From contig OZ241863.1 of assembly GCA_965203055.1 (NCBI GenBank), forward strand, positions 64,001 through 128,000: a stretch of 64,000 bases of DNA, written 5' to 3'. A program made the translations under genes and the position numbers. The stretch's first letter is position 1. Each line of letters opens with the position of its first letter. The stretch comes from Spirochaetia bacterium. GTDB lineage: Bacteria > Spirochaetota > Spirochaetia > SZUA-6 > Bin103. The notes under the pieces are model-generated. The model had not been told where the DNA came from. It searched no databases and was given only the letters and a program-made list of their open reading frames with translations. Shown here piece by piece: positions 37,902 through 47,597 of the stretch.

Positions 37902-40004
37902 ATGACCGCCGAGGTCAGCGCCCGCCTGCGCTTCGCGCCCGACGGCACGCTCACCGTGCTCAGCGGCAAGGTAGAGCTGGGCCAGGGCCTGCGCGACGCC
38001 CTGACCCTGATCTGCAGCACCGAACTGTCGCTCGACGCGCGCCGCATCCGCGTGCGCTGCGGCGACACCGGGCTGACCCCGGACGACGGCCTTACCGCGG
38101 GCAGCAACTCGATGGAGCAGACCGGCGCCGCGGTGCGCGCCGCGGCCGTTGCGGCCCGCGACGAGTTGCTGCGCCGGGCGGCGGCGCGCTGGCAGGCGCC
38201 GCCCGGCGAGCTCGTAGCGCGCGCCGGCCGCGTCCGGCGGCGGGACGGGGAGGGCGCCGCGCTCGACTACTGGGAGCTCCTCGACGCCGGCGAGATGGAG
38301 GATCTGCCTCCCGCGCCGCGGGAAGAGCGCGCGCCGGCGGGGCGGGTGGCGGCGCTGGTGAGTGGGTGCGACACCTTCGTGCATGATCTGCGGCTGCCCG
38401 GCATGGCGCATGGCCGCGTGCTGCGGCCGCCGGGCTACGGCCGGCGGCTGACGCGCCTCGATGACCGCGCCGCCGGCGCCATGCGCGGCGTCCTGGCGGT
38501 GGTGGTCGACGGCAGCTTCGCCGGCGTGGTGGCGGAGCGCGAGGAGCAGGCGATCGCCGCCCGCGACGTGCTGGCCGGCGGCGCTCGCTGGCAGGCGCCC
38601 GCCGATGCCGCGCTGCCGGCCTCCGGCCGCGCCGCCCTGGCCGAGGCCGCGGCCCACGCTACGCCGATCCTCGACCGCGGGACGGCGCCGGCGCAGGCCG
38701 TGGCGGCAACGCTCAGCGCCACCTACTCGCGGCCGTTTCTGCTGCACGCGGCGTTGGGCCCCTCGGCCGCGGCGGCGCGCCTGGACGCCGCGGGGCGGCT
38801 CACCGTCTGGTCGCACACCCAGGGGCCGTTTCAACTGCGCGCCGCGCTGGCCGACGCGCTGGCGCGGGAGCCGGCCGGCATCCGGGTAATCCACGTCGAC
38901 GGGGCCGGCTGCTACGGCCACAACGGCGCCGACGACGCGGCGTTGGACGCGGCGCTGCTGGCCCTGGCGGTGCCCGGGCGGCCGGTGCTGGTCAAGTGGA
39001 CGCGAACCGACGAGAACCGGTGGGAGCCGTTCGGCAGCGCGATGATCGTCACCTGCGCCGCCGACCTGGACGCCGCCGGCAGCGTGCTGCATTGGCGCCA
39101 TGAGGTGCGCAGCTACCCCCACGGCGCCCGCCCGCGCGCCGCGCCGGGACACTCGGCGCTGCTGGCCGCCTGGCACCGGCGCCGCGCGCTGGCGCCGCCG
39201 CCGGTGCGCAACAGCCGCGGCCTGACCGCCGGTCCGCAGCGCAACGCCGAGCCGCCGTACCGGTTCCCGCGGGTAAGCGTGGTTACCCACTTCGTACCCG
39301 AGGCCCCGGTGCGAGTCTCCGCCCTGCGCAGCCTCGGCGCCTACGCCAACGTGTTCGCCGCCGAGTCGTTCATGGATGAGCTGGCAGCCTGCGCCGGCGC
39401 CGATCCGGTGTCCTATCGGCTGCGCCACTTGCGCGACCACCGCGCGCGTGACGTGCTGGCCGCGGCGGTCGCCGCGGCGCCGGCCGCCGGAGGCGGGAGG
39501 TATCGCGGGCGCGGCGTCGGGCTGGCGCGCTACAAGAACCTGCAGAGCTACGTCGCCGTGGTGTGCGACGCGGCGGTGGATCCCGGCAGCGGGCGCATCC
39601 GCCTCGAACACGCCGCCATTGCCGCCGACGCCGGCCGCATCATCGATCGCGACGGTCTTGCCAACCAGCTCGAAGGGGGCTTCCTGCAGGCCGCGAGCTG
39701 GACGCTGAAGGAAGCGGTACGCTGGGACCACGCGGGAATGACCGGTACCGACTGGGATTCCTATCCGGTGCTGCGCTTCAGCGAGGTGCCGCCGGTTGCG
39801 CTGCGCCTGCTCGACCGGCCGGAACTGCCCAGCCTGGGCGCCGGCGAAGCCGCCCACGGTCCGGCCGCGGCGGCCATCGCCAACGCCGCGGCGGCCGCGG
39901 CCGGAGTGCGCCTGCGGCACACCCCGTTCACGCCGGCGCGGGTAATGGCGGCCCTCACTGCCGGCCCGGACGCGCGCACACCTCGGCCAGCGCCGCCACG
40001 GTAG
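37902..40004 (+). CDS. Molybdopterin-binding large subunit (isoquinoline/nicotinate dehydrogenase beta-like)
   Basis: GKVELGQG, TAGSNS, GAGCYGHNGADD, ALRSLGAYANVFAAESFMDELA, NQLEGG and GAGE. Confidence 0.88.
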   Translation: MTAEVSARLRFAPDGTLTVLSGKVELGQGLRDALTLICSTELSLDARRIRVRCGDTGLTPDDGLTAGSNSMEQTGAAVRAAAVAARDELLRRAAARWQAPPGELVARAGRVRRRDGEGAALDYWELLDAGEMEDLPPAPREERAPAGRVAALVSGCDTFVHDLRLPGMAHGRVLRPPGYGRRLTRLDDRAAGAMRGVLAVVVDGSFAGVVAEREEQAIAARDVLAGGARWQAPADAALPASGRAALAEAAAHATPILDRGTAPAQAVAATLSATYSRPFLLHAALGPSAAAARLDAAGRLTVWSHTQGPFQLRAALADALAREPAGIRVIHVDGAGCYGHNGADDAALDAALLALAVPGRPVLVKWTRTDENRWEPFGSAMIVTCAADLDAAGSVLHWRHEVRSYPHGARPRAAPGHSALLAAWHRRRALAPPPVRNSRGLTAGPQRNAEPPYRFPRVSVVTHFVPEAPVRVSALRSLGAYANVFAAESFMDELAACAGADPVSYRLRHLRDHRARDVLAAAVAAAPAAGGGRYRGRGVGLARYKNLQSYVAVVCDAAVDPGSGRIRLEHAAIAADAGRIIDRDGLANQLEGGFLQAASWTLKEAVRWDHAGMTGTDWDSYPVLRFSEVPPVALRLLDRPELPSLGAGEAAHGPAAAAIANAAAAAAGVRLRHTPFTPARVMAALTAGPDARTPRPAPPR

Positions 40005-40875
40005 TCTCCAGGCTGCGCGAGGTGTCCACCGCCTCCTCCGGTTCCGCCGCAAAGGGAGTGGCGCTGAGCAGCTCGTAGAGCGCCGCGGCGCCGTGGAGGA
40101 ACTGGCCGGGGACTCCCACCGACTCGAAGGTCGCCGCGATCTGGCGCATCTCCTCGATCCAGCGCGGCGCCTTGGCGGGCAGCGCCGGCAACGCGCGGCG
40201 CCGCGCCGCCCAGGCCGCGCCCTGGCTCTCCGCCAGCTCCGCGGCAAGCGCCTGGTCCACCCCCAACCGGCTGGCGGCGGCGAGTTGGGCCAACTGCAGC
40301 GCCGCGCTGCCCTTGGTGACCGCCGCATAGCACATCTTGAGGGCGGACGCGCGCCCGACCGCGCCGCCGAGGTCGCGCACCACCAGGCCGCCGCCTTGCA
40401 GCGGCGCCAGCAGGTGGGCGGCCGGTCCCGAGGCGTAGAAGCGCGGCCCGGAGCCGTTGGCGGGCGGCCCGCCGATGATGCCGGCGTCGACGTAGGCCGC
40501 GCCGGCGCCGCGGATCATGTCGGCGATGCGGGCCGTGGTAGCGGGCGCAATTGCGTTGCAGTCGGCGTAGGGCGGGATGGCTCCGGTTGCGATCATGGCA
40601 TTTGCGGCCGCCCGCGCGGCCGCGACCGCAGCCGCCGGCGGGAGAATCGACAACACCAGATCGGCGGCCCCGACCACGGTCTTGATCCCGCCCAGGTTGC
40701 GGATCCCGGCCTGCGTCGCCAGCCTGCGGGTACGCGGCGAACGGCCCGCCAAGGCGGTAACGACGGTGAAGCCGCGGCTGCCGAGCAGCCGGCCTACGGC
40801 ATGCCCCATGTTGCCGGGGCTGATGATGGCGATGATCTTCAAACGTTGACCTCCTCTCTTCGAAAACGTCTTCAT
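39955..40875 (-). CDS. NAD(P)-dependent oxidoreductase with DUF1932-like C-terminus
   Basis: IISPGNMG, DCNAIAP, VDAGIIGGPP, ASALKMCYA and RWIEEM. Confidence 0.85.
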   Translation of the reverse strand: MKTFSKRGGQRLKIIAIISPGNMGHAVGRLLGSRGFTVVTALAGRSPRTRRLATQAGIRNLGGIKTVVGAADLVLSILPPAAAVAAARAAANAMIATGAIPPYADCNAIAPATTARIADMIRGAGAAYVDAGIIGGPPANGSGPRFYASGPAAHLLAPLQGGGLVVRDLGGAVGRASALKMCYAAVTKGSAALQLAQLAAASRLGVDQALAAELAESQGAAWAARRRALPALPAKAPRWIEEMRQIAATFESVGVPGQFLHGAAALYELLSATPFAAEPEEAVDTSRSLETTVAALAEVCARPGRQ

Positions 40876-41303
40876 TCTTCGGCCGCGGGCTCGGTCCGCT
40901 GGCGCTTGACCGCCGCGCGGCGCGTCTTGTCCTGCAGGCGCCGCTCGCGGGCGGCGCGGGAGGGCCGCGTCGCCCGCCGCGGCCGCGGCGTCTCGAGGGC
41001 GCGCGCAATGGCGGCCGCCAGCCGCGCCCGCGCGTCACGGCGATTGGCCTCCCGGGTACGAAAGCGGCGCGCGGTGATGATCAAGGCCCCGCCGGCGGTG
41101 ACGCGCGCGCCAAGGCTGCTCAGCAACCGCTCCCGCACCTCGGGCGGCAGGGCCGGCGAGCCGGCCACGTCGAAGCGGAGCTGCACCGCGGTGGCGACCT
41201 TGTTCACGTTCTGTCCGCCCGGCCCGCGGCTGAGGATGAAGCGCTCGGCGAGCTCATCCTCCGGAATGGCCAGACCGGATGTGACCTGCACCATGGCGGT
41301 CAT
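40872..41303 (-). CDS. arfB: Alternative ribosome rescue peptidyl-tRNA hydrolase ArfB
   Basis: GPGGQNVNKVATAV, followed by a basic C-terminal tail (RRATRPSRAARERRL). Confidence 0.93.
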   Translation of the reverse strand: MTAMVQVTSGLAIPEDELAERFILSRGPGGQNVNKVATAVQLRFDVAGSPALPPEVRERLLSSLGARVTAGGALIITARRFRTREANRRDARARLAAAIARALETPRPRRATRPSRAARERRLQDKTRRAAVKRQRTEPAAEE

Positions 41304-41372
41304 TTGACCGCGATACCGCCGGCTGCTGCAAGCGAACGTTCGTTCCGCCCGCAGAGGCAGTATATTCAGCGG

Positions 41373-42383
41373 GTGAAGTCCACGAATTCGGCGCCGGCTC
41401 GCGCGCGGGGCGCCCCGCCGCCTCCCGTCGAAGCTGCCGGCCTGGTGAAGCGGTACGGGCAGGTGACCGCGCTGGACGGTCTCGACCTGAGCGTGTCCGA
41501 GGGAACCGTGCTCGGCCTGCTTGGTCCGAACGGCGCGGGCAAGACCACCGCGGTGTCGATTCTGGCCACGCTGATCACGCCGGACGCCGGCAGCGCGCGG
41601 ATCACCGGCGTCGACGTGGTGGCGAAGCCGCGCTCGGTGCGGCGCCGCATTGGTCTGTCAGGACAGTTCGCCGCGGTGGACGAGCACCTCACCGGGTTCG
41701 AAAACCTCGACATGATCGGGCGCCTCTACCATCTGGGCCGCGCGCGCGCCCGGGCCCGCGCCGCCGAGCTGCTCGACCTGTTCGATCTGACAGCCGCCGG
41801 CGGGCGCCCGGTAAAGACCTACTCGGGCGGGATGCGGCGGCGCCTCGACCTGGCCGGCGCCCTGGTGGCGGCGCCGCCGGTGCTGTTTCTGGACGAGCCC
41901 ACTACCGGCCTCGACCCGCACAGCCGACGCCAACTCTGGGAGGTGATCCGGCGCATGGTCGGCGGCGGCACCACGGTGCTGCTCACTACCCAGTACCTGG
42001 AGGAGGCGGACCAGCTCGCCGACCGCATCCTGGTGATCGACCACGGCAAGGCGATTGCCGAGGGCACCCCCGACGAGTTGAAGAGTCTGGTGGGCGCGGA
42101 GCGGATCGAGGTCACGGTGACCGCCGGCGAGGACGGAACCGGCGGCGGCGCGCTGCAGCGCGCGCAACGGTTGCTGGCCCGCTTCGCGGTTGGCGAGCAG
42201 CAGGTGGACCGGCGCGCGCGGTCGCTGATCATGCCGGTCGAAGGAGGGCCGGGAGTGCTTGCCCAGGCGCTGCGCGAGCTGGACCGGGCGCAGATTGCGG
42301 TGCAGGACGTCGGGCTGCGCCGCCCGACGCTGGATGACGTGTTCCTGACCCTGACCGGACATGCCACCGAGGAGGAGCAATGA
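41373..42383 (+). CDS. DrrA-like ABC exporter ATP-binding protein
   Basis: GPNGAGKTT, YSGGMRRRLDLA, DEPTTGLDP, TTQYLEEAD and PTLDDVFL-x-LTG. Confidence 0.92.
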   Translation: MKSTNSAPARARGAPPPPVEAAGLVKRYGQVTALDGLDLSVSEGTVLGLLGPNGAGKTTAVSILATLITPDAGSARITGVDVVAKPRSVRRRIGLSGQFAAVDEHLTGFENLDMIGRLYHLGRARARARAAELLDLFDLTAAGGRPVKTYSGGMRRRLDLAGALVAAPPVLFLDEPTTGLDPHSRRQLWEVIRRMVGGGTTVLLTTQYLEEADQLADRILVIDHGKAIAEGTPDELKSLVGAERIEVTVTAGEDGTGGGALQRAQRLLARFAVGEQQVDRRARSLIMPVEGGPGVLAQALRELDRAQIAVQDVGLRRPTLDDVFLTLTGHATEEEQ

Positions 42384-43186
42384 CGGCGCTGCTGCACGCT
42401 CTCGCTGACGCCGCGGTCATCGCCAAGCGCAACGTGATCAAGATCAAGCGGGTGCCGGAGGTGCTGGTCTTCGTGCTGCTGTCGCCGATCATGTTCGTGC
42501 TGCTGTTCGCGTTCGTGTTCGGCGGTTCCATCAACATCCCCGGCGGCTCCTACCGGGAGTTCCTGATCGCCGGGATCTTCGCCCAGACCGTGGTGTTCGG
42601 CGCGACGTTCACCGGCGCGGGCCTGGCGGAGGACATCCAGAAGGGAATCATCAACCGCTTCCGCGCGCTGCCGATGTCGCGCAGCGCGCTGCTGGTGGGG
42701 CGTACGGTGAGCGACGTGGTGTACAACGCCCTGTCCCTCATGATCATGGCCCTGACCGGCCTGGTCGTGGGGTGGGGAATCAGCACCAGCGTGCCGGAAG
42801 CCGCGGCCGGATTCGGCCTGCTGCTGGCGTTCGCCTACGCGTTCTCCTGGGTGATGGCCTACGTGGGCCTGCTGGTACCCAGCGTGGAGGTGATCAACAA
42901 CGCCTCGTTCATGGTGACCATGCCGCTCACCTTCGTCGCCAACACCTTCGTGCCGGCCGAGAACCTGCCGCCGGCGTTGCGCGTCTTTGCCCTGTGGAAT
43001 CCGATTTCGGCCGTCACCCAGGCGACCCGCGAGCTGTTCGGCAACATTCCCCCCGGCACGCCGCCGCCTGCCGCCTGGCCGCTGCAGCACCCGGTGCTCT
43101 ACACGCTGCTCTGGGCGGTGGTCATCATCGCCGTGTTCGCGCCGCTGGCCGTGCACCGCTACCGCACCATCGGACAGCGCTCCTGA
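42380..43186 (+). CDS. DrrB-like ABC-2 permease
   Basis: About six TM segments, RFRALPM and WNP motifs. ATGA overlap with the ATPase gene. Confidence 0.9.
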   Translation: MTALLHALADAAVIAKRNVIKIKRVPEVLVFVLLSPIMFVLLFAFVFGGSINIPGGSYREFLIAGIFAQTVVFGATFTGAGLAEDIQKGIINRFRALPMSRSALLVGRTVSDVVYNALSLMIMALTGLVVGWGISTSVPEAAAGFGLLLAFAYAFSWVMAYVGLLVPSVEVINNASFMVTMPLTFVANTFVPAENLPPALRVFALWNPISAVTQATRELFGNIPPGTPPPAAWPLQHPVLYTLLWAVVIIAVFAPLAVHRYRTIGQRS

Positions 43187-43192
43187 AGGCGC

Positions 43193-44410
43193 CTACAGCG
43201 CACTGAGAGCGGGGCCGGCCGCCGCTCCGATCAGTACCACCAGCCAGGGCGGCAGCTTCCACCACGCCAGCAGGCCGAACGCCGCCAGCGCCAGCGCCAA
43301 GTCGCCCGGCGCATGGATCGCCGTGACCCACACCGGATCGTACAGCGCCGCCAGCAGCAGGCCCACCACCGCGGCGTTGACCCCCGCGACGGCGGCGCGG
43401 AAGCGGCCGGCCGAGCGCAGCCGGTCCCAGAGCGGCAGGATGCCGATCAGCAGCAGAAACGAGGGCAGATAGATGGCGCCGAGGGCCACCGCTCCGCCGC
43501 GCCAGCCGCCCGCCGGTCCCGCCATCACCGTCCCCAGATAGGCGGAGAAGGTGAACAGCGGCCCCGGAACCGCCTGCGCCGCCCCGTAGCCGGCGATGAA
43601 CTGGTCGCCGGTCACCCAGCCGGCCGGCTCCACCTCGGCCTGCAGCAGCGGCAGCACCACGTGCCCGCCGCCGAATACCAGTGCGCCCGAACGGTAGAAC
43701 CCGTCGATCAGCGCCAGCCAGGCGTGGTCCGTAAACTGCCGGGCAACCGGCAGCCCGGCCAGCAGGATCAGAAACAGGGCCAGGCAGATGACCGTCCGGT
43801 GGACGGCGGTTCCCGCACCGGCGCGCACCGGCGCCCGCGGAGACGCGGCCTCGTCTCGCAGCAGCAGCCACCCGGCCGCCCCGGCAAGGGCAATGACCAG
43901 CACCTGGGCCAGCGGCGTCCGCCAGAACAGCATGCCGACGGCGGCCAGCGCGGCGATGGTAGCGCGGCGGCGGTCGGGCGCCAAGTTGTGCGCCATACCG
44001 TAGAGCGCGTATGCGACCACCGCCGCCGCCACTGCCTTGAGGCCCCGCAGCCAGCCCGCGGCGATCAGTTGCTCGAAGGTCGCCACCCCGTAGCCGAACA
44101 GGATCAGCGCCGCCGCGGAGGGCAGCGTGAAGCCGAGCCACGCCGCCACCCCGCCGCCGATTCCGGCGCGCGTCATGCCCACCGCGATGCCGACCTGACT
44201 GCTGGCGGGACCGGGCAGCAACTGGCACAGGGCCACCAGATCGGCATAGGAGCGGTCGTCCAGCCACCGGCGCCGGGTAACGTACTCGGCGCGGAAGTAG
44301 CCGAGGTGGGCGACCGGCCCGCCAAATGAGGTGACGCCCAGCTTCAGCGCCGCGAGCAGCACTTCGAGAATCCGAGACCGCACGACCTGCCGTTGCCCGC
44401 CGTCCGTCAC
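43193..44410 (-). CDS. chrA: Chromate efflux transporter (long-chain CHR)
   Basis: SFGGPVAH, LPGPASSQ, VFGGGHVVLP and AQAVPGPLFTF. Confidence 0.93.
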   Translation of the reverse strand: MTDGGQRQVVRSRILEVLLAALKLGVTSFGGPVAHLGYFRAEYVTRRRWLDDRSYADLVALCQLLPGPASSQVGIAVGMTRAGIGGGVAAWLGFTLPSAAALILFGYGVATFEQLIAAGWLRGLKAVAAAVVAYALYGMAHNLAPDRRRATIAALAAVGMLFWRTPLAQVLVIALAGAAGWLLLRDEAASPRAPVRAGAGTAVHRTVICLALFLILLAGLPVARQFTDHAWLALIDGFYRSGALVFGGGHVVLPLLQAEVEPAGWVTGDQFIAGYGAAQAVPGPLFTFSAYLGTVMAGPAGGWRGGAVALGAIYLPSFLLLIGILPLWDRLRSAGRFRAAVAGVNAAVVGLLLAALYDPVWVTAIHAPGDLALALAAFGLLAWWKLPPWLVVLIGAAAGPALSAL

Positions 44411-44413
44411 ACG

Positions 44414-44706
44414 TCACCAACGGGCGGCGTCGAGGCCGGGCACGCGGGAGAACTCGCCCAGGTTGCGGGTCGCCAACCTGATGGAATGCGCCAAGGCGAT
44501 GGCGGCGATCATCAGATCGTTCGCCCCGAGCGGACGGCCCTCACGCCGTAGCTGGGCTCTGATCATTCCGTAGCGCATGGCTGCCTCGTCGTCGAAGGGC
44601 AGCGACGGAAACGCTTGGCAGAAGGTCTCCACCCGCTGCAGGTTCTCGGCTACCCGCGCCGAGTTATACGCGGTATGCAGACGCTGGTGTCCAGCAGCCA
44701 GATCAG
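44414..44706 (-). pseudogene. vapC: VapC/PIN toxin with an internal deletion and frameshift
   Basis: N-terminal IWLLDTSVCI is in one frame. AYNSARVAENL...LPFDD...NDLMIAAIAL...TRN-x-x-EF is in another. The middle catalytic segment is missing. Confidence 0.8.
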
Positions 44707-44924
44707 CGGATCGCCTCGACGTCCTCCGGCGGAGGATCATCCGGTTCGACCAGATCGCCGCGCCCGTGACGGAGCAGGTCGACCAGGCTCCGCGGCCACT
44801 CGGTGAGGCTCTCCCGCCGGATCAACGCGCTGATCCACGCCGACAGGCTGCGGTGCTGCTGCCCGGCCTGCTTGCGCGCCGCTTCCAGCACCTCCGCAGG
44901 CAGATACACGGTAACTTGCGCCAT
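44703..44924 (-). CDS. Ribbon-helix-helix antitoxin (VapB-like)
   Basis: MAQVTVYLP...SLSAWI with an acidic C-terminus. Its stop overlaps the start of the PIN remnant. Confidence 0.75.
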   Translation of the reverse strand: MAQVTVYLPAEVLEAARKQAGQQHRSLSAWISALIRRESLTEWPRSLVDLLRHGRGDLVEPDDPPPEDVEAIR

Positions 44925-45078
44925 GTCCGCCGCACTATACGCGCCCAAGTATACGACCCGCAAGCTCCTTGTCAGGGCCGCGCGCGGCGCGCGGCCGGCG
45001 TGCATTCGCCGCACTCAACTGGCTCGCGTTGCTTGCGGAGTCGCATTGGGAGAGGCGGCTCTGCTATGGTGGCATGGA

Positions 45079-46095
45079 ATGCGCATCCTGTTCATTGGCG
45101 AAGTCGTCGGGGGAGCCGGCGTGTACTGCGTCAAGACGCTGCTGCCCGGTCTCAAGCGCGAGTTCGACATCGACCTCACCATCGCCGCCGCGGAGGGTGC
45201 TACCGGCGGCTTCGGCCTGGGCAAGGGACACTCCGTATACCTGCACAAGCTGGGAGTCGACGTCATCACTACCGGCGACTTCGCGTACTTCAAGCGCGAC
45301 ATGGTGGGCCACATCGCCCAGGCGCGCTACCTCCTGCGCCCGGCGAACTATCCCTACGGCAACCCCGGACGAGGGTGGCTGGTAGCGCGCCCGGCTCCCG
45401 GCGCGCGCCGGAAACCGCGGCGCGGCGAACCGCAACCGGACGCCGCCGGCGCCGCTCCGGGCGCCGCCCCGGCGGAATCAGGCGCCGCCAGCTCCCCGGC
45501 GCCGGAAGCCGCCGCGGCGCCGGAAGCCGCCGCGGCGCCGGCAACCGCCATTCGGCCTCCCGCTCCGGGCGCAGGGGTGATCTCGCTGCTGGGCCAGGCC
45601 GGATTCAGCCGCGTGCACCTGCGCAATCCGTTCGAAGTCGCCGGCGGGTTGATCGACCGCGTGCGGCAGCAGACCCCCATCGTGCTGGTGGACTTCCACG
45701 CCACCACCACGGCCGAGAAGGTGGCCATGAGCCTGTTCCTCGACGGCAAGGTGAGCGCGGTGCTCGGCACCCACGTGCGGACCCTGGCGGCGGACGCGCG
45801 CCTGCTCCCGGGCGGCACCGCGGCCATCACCCACAGCGGCCGTACCGGCAGCCTGAACTCGGTAGGCGGCCTCGATCCCGCGGTCGAGACGCGCAAGTTC
45901 CTCACCCAGGTGCACGAGCAGTCGCGCGATGCCTGGGGCCTGCTGGAGCTGCAAGGCGTGGTGCTGGAAATAGCCTCCGACGGCCGCGCGCAAAGCATCA
46001 CCGCGTTGCGCCGCCAGACCACGGCGCCGGAAGGCGCCCAGGCAACGCCGGCGGCGCAGCAGCAGCGCGGCCGCCGCGCGGGCAGACGCCGCTGA
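45079..46095 (+). CDS. YmdB/TIGR00282-like metallophosphoesterase with an Ala/Pro-rich insertion
   Basis: MRILFIGEVVG, GVDVITTG, LLRPANYP, PGRG, VDFHA...EK and GTH. Confidence 0.85.
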   Translation: MRILFIGEVVGGAGVYCVKTLLPGLKREFDIDLTIAAAEGATGGFGLGKGHSVYLHKLGVDVITTGDFAYFKRDMVGHIAQARYLLRPANYPYGNPGRGWLVARPAPGARRKPRRGEPQPDAAGAAPGAAPAESGAASSPAPEAAAAPEAAAAPATAIRPPAPGAGVISLLGQAGFSRVHLRNPFEVAGGLIDRVRQQTPIVLVDFHATTTAEKVAMSLFLDGKVSAVLGTHVRTLAADARLLPGGTAAITHSGRTGSLNSVGGLDPAVETRKFLTQVHEQSRDAWGLLELQGVVLEIASDGRAQSITALRRQTTAPEGAQATPAAQQQRGRRAGRRR

Positions 46096-46188
46096 CGCCG
46101 CTGACGCCGGCCCGGCCGCGCTCCGGCGCCCCCGGCGTCCGATTCTCGTTGACAAACGGGGTCCCCTCGCCCACCATGCGGCCACGCC

Positions 46189-47571
46189 ATGTTGTCGCAA
46201 CAGCCCGTTCTGCGCCAGGAGCAGCGTCTCAAGATGACCCCGCAGCTCTACCAGGCGATTCGCATCATGGCGCTGCCCCTGCACGATCTGCAGTCCACCA
46301 TCCAGCAAGAGCTGGAGCGCAATCCGGCGCTCGAGGTGGTCGAGGACAACACCACTACCTCGTTGGACGAAGCCGGCGCGGCGCGTAACGAGGAGGAGAG
46401 CGTATTCGCCGAGTCGTCCGACCCCGGCTACCTGAACGGCAGCCGCGGCACCGACGAAGACGCCAAGCGCCGGTTCCTGGAGGGAGCTCTGGCGCGGCCG
46501 GAAACGCTGCAGGAACATCTGTCGTGGCAACTTCGCCTGCAGCCCCTCACCGCGCAGGAGTACCGCCTCGGCGAGCTGCTGATTCGCAACCTGGACCACA
46601 ACGGGTTTACGCTGGAGGAGCCCGAGACTCTGGACCGGGACGCTCCGCCGGAGCGGCTGGGCAAGCTGATCGAGATGATCCAGGGATTCGACCCGCCCGG
46701 CTGCTGTACCAGCGACTTCACCGCTTCGCTGCTGGCCCAGATCCGCGTGCACCCACATTCCGAACCGGGCAGCGCGGAGCTGGTGCGCAACTACATGGGA
46801 CTGGCCGAGCGCGGCAAGATCGCGGAGATCGCGCGCCGCATGGCGGTTTCGGAGGAGGAGGTGCGCGCCATCCTCGACTTCGTGCGCGAGCTGGATCCGA
46901 TTCCCGGGCGCAACTACAGCGCCGAGCAGGTGCGTTACGTGAGCCCCGACGTTATCGTCAAGCAGCTCGACGGCGAGCTTGGCCTGCTGCTCAATGACGA
47001 ACAGCTGCCGGTGTTGGGAGTCAATCGGTTCTTCGAGCAACTGAGCCGCGACGACTCTGACCGCGAGCTGCGCAAGTTCGTCAATCACAATCTGCAGGAT
47101 GCGCGCTGGTTCATGCGCAGCCTCGCCGAACGCAACCGTTCCCTGCGCAAGGTCACCGAGGCGGTAGTGAACGCGCAACGCGAATTCTTTCGCCGCGGGC
47201 CCAAGTACCTGGTACCCCTCACCCTCAAGGACGTCGCCGCCGAGGTCGGGGTCAGCGAGGCGACCGTATCGCGGCTGGCCAACGGCAAGTACGTGCAGAC
47301 CGAGTTCGGTATCTTCGAGTTGCGCTACTTCTTTACCAACTCGATCTCCGGGGCGGGTTCCAAAGGTTCCCGCTTTTCGAAAGCCGGCGTCAAGGAGATG
47401 ATCCGCGAGATCGTCACCGGCGCGGGCCCGACGGACGGGGCGGCCGGCAAGCCACTGTCCGACAGCCGTATCGCCGAGATACTCGCCGGTCGAGGAGCGA
47501 AGATCGCCCGGCGTACGGTGGCAAAGTATCGCAAGGAGCTGGATATCGACAGCTCCTATCGACGTACCTGA
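46189..47571 (+). CDS. rpoN: RNA polymerase sigma-54 factor
   Basis: Q-rich Region I, ELERNPALE, PLTLKDVA...SEATVSR and RpoN box ARRTVAKYR. Confidence 0.97.
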   Translation: MLSQQPVLRQEQRLKMTPQLYQAIRIMALPLHDLQSTIQQELERNPALEVVEDNTTTSLDEAGAARNEEESVFAESSDPGYLNGSRGTDEDAKRRFLEGALARPETLQEHLSWQLRLQPLTAQEYRLGELLIRNLDHNGFTLEEPETLDRDAPPERLGKLIEMIQGFDPPGCCTSDFTASLLAQIRVHPHSEPGSAELVRNYMGLAERGKIAEIARRMAVSEEEVRAILDFVRELDPIPGRNYSAEQVRYVSPDVIVKQLDGELGLLLNDEQLPVLGVNRFFEQLSRDDSDRELRKFVNHNLQDARWFMRSLAERNRSLRKVTEAVVNAQREFFRRGPKYLVPLTLKDVAAEVGVSEATVSRLANGKYVQTEFGIFELRYFFTNSISGAGSKGSRFSKAGVKEMIREIVTGAGPTDGAAGKPLSDSRIAEILAGRGAKIARRTVAKYRKELDIDSSYRRT

Positions 47572-47597
47572 AATTCGACGACCAGGAGCAACGAACG

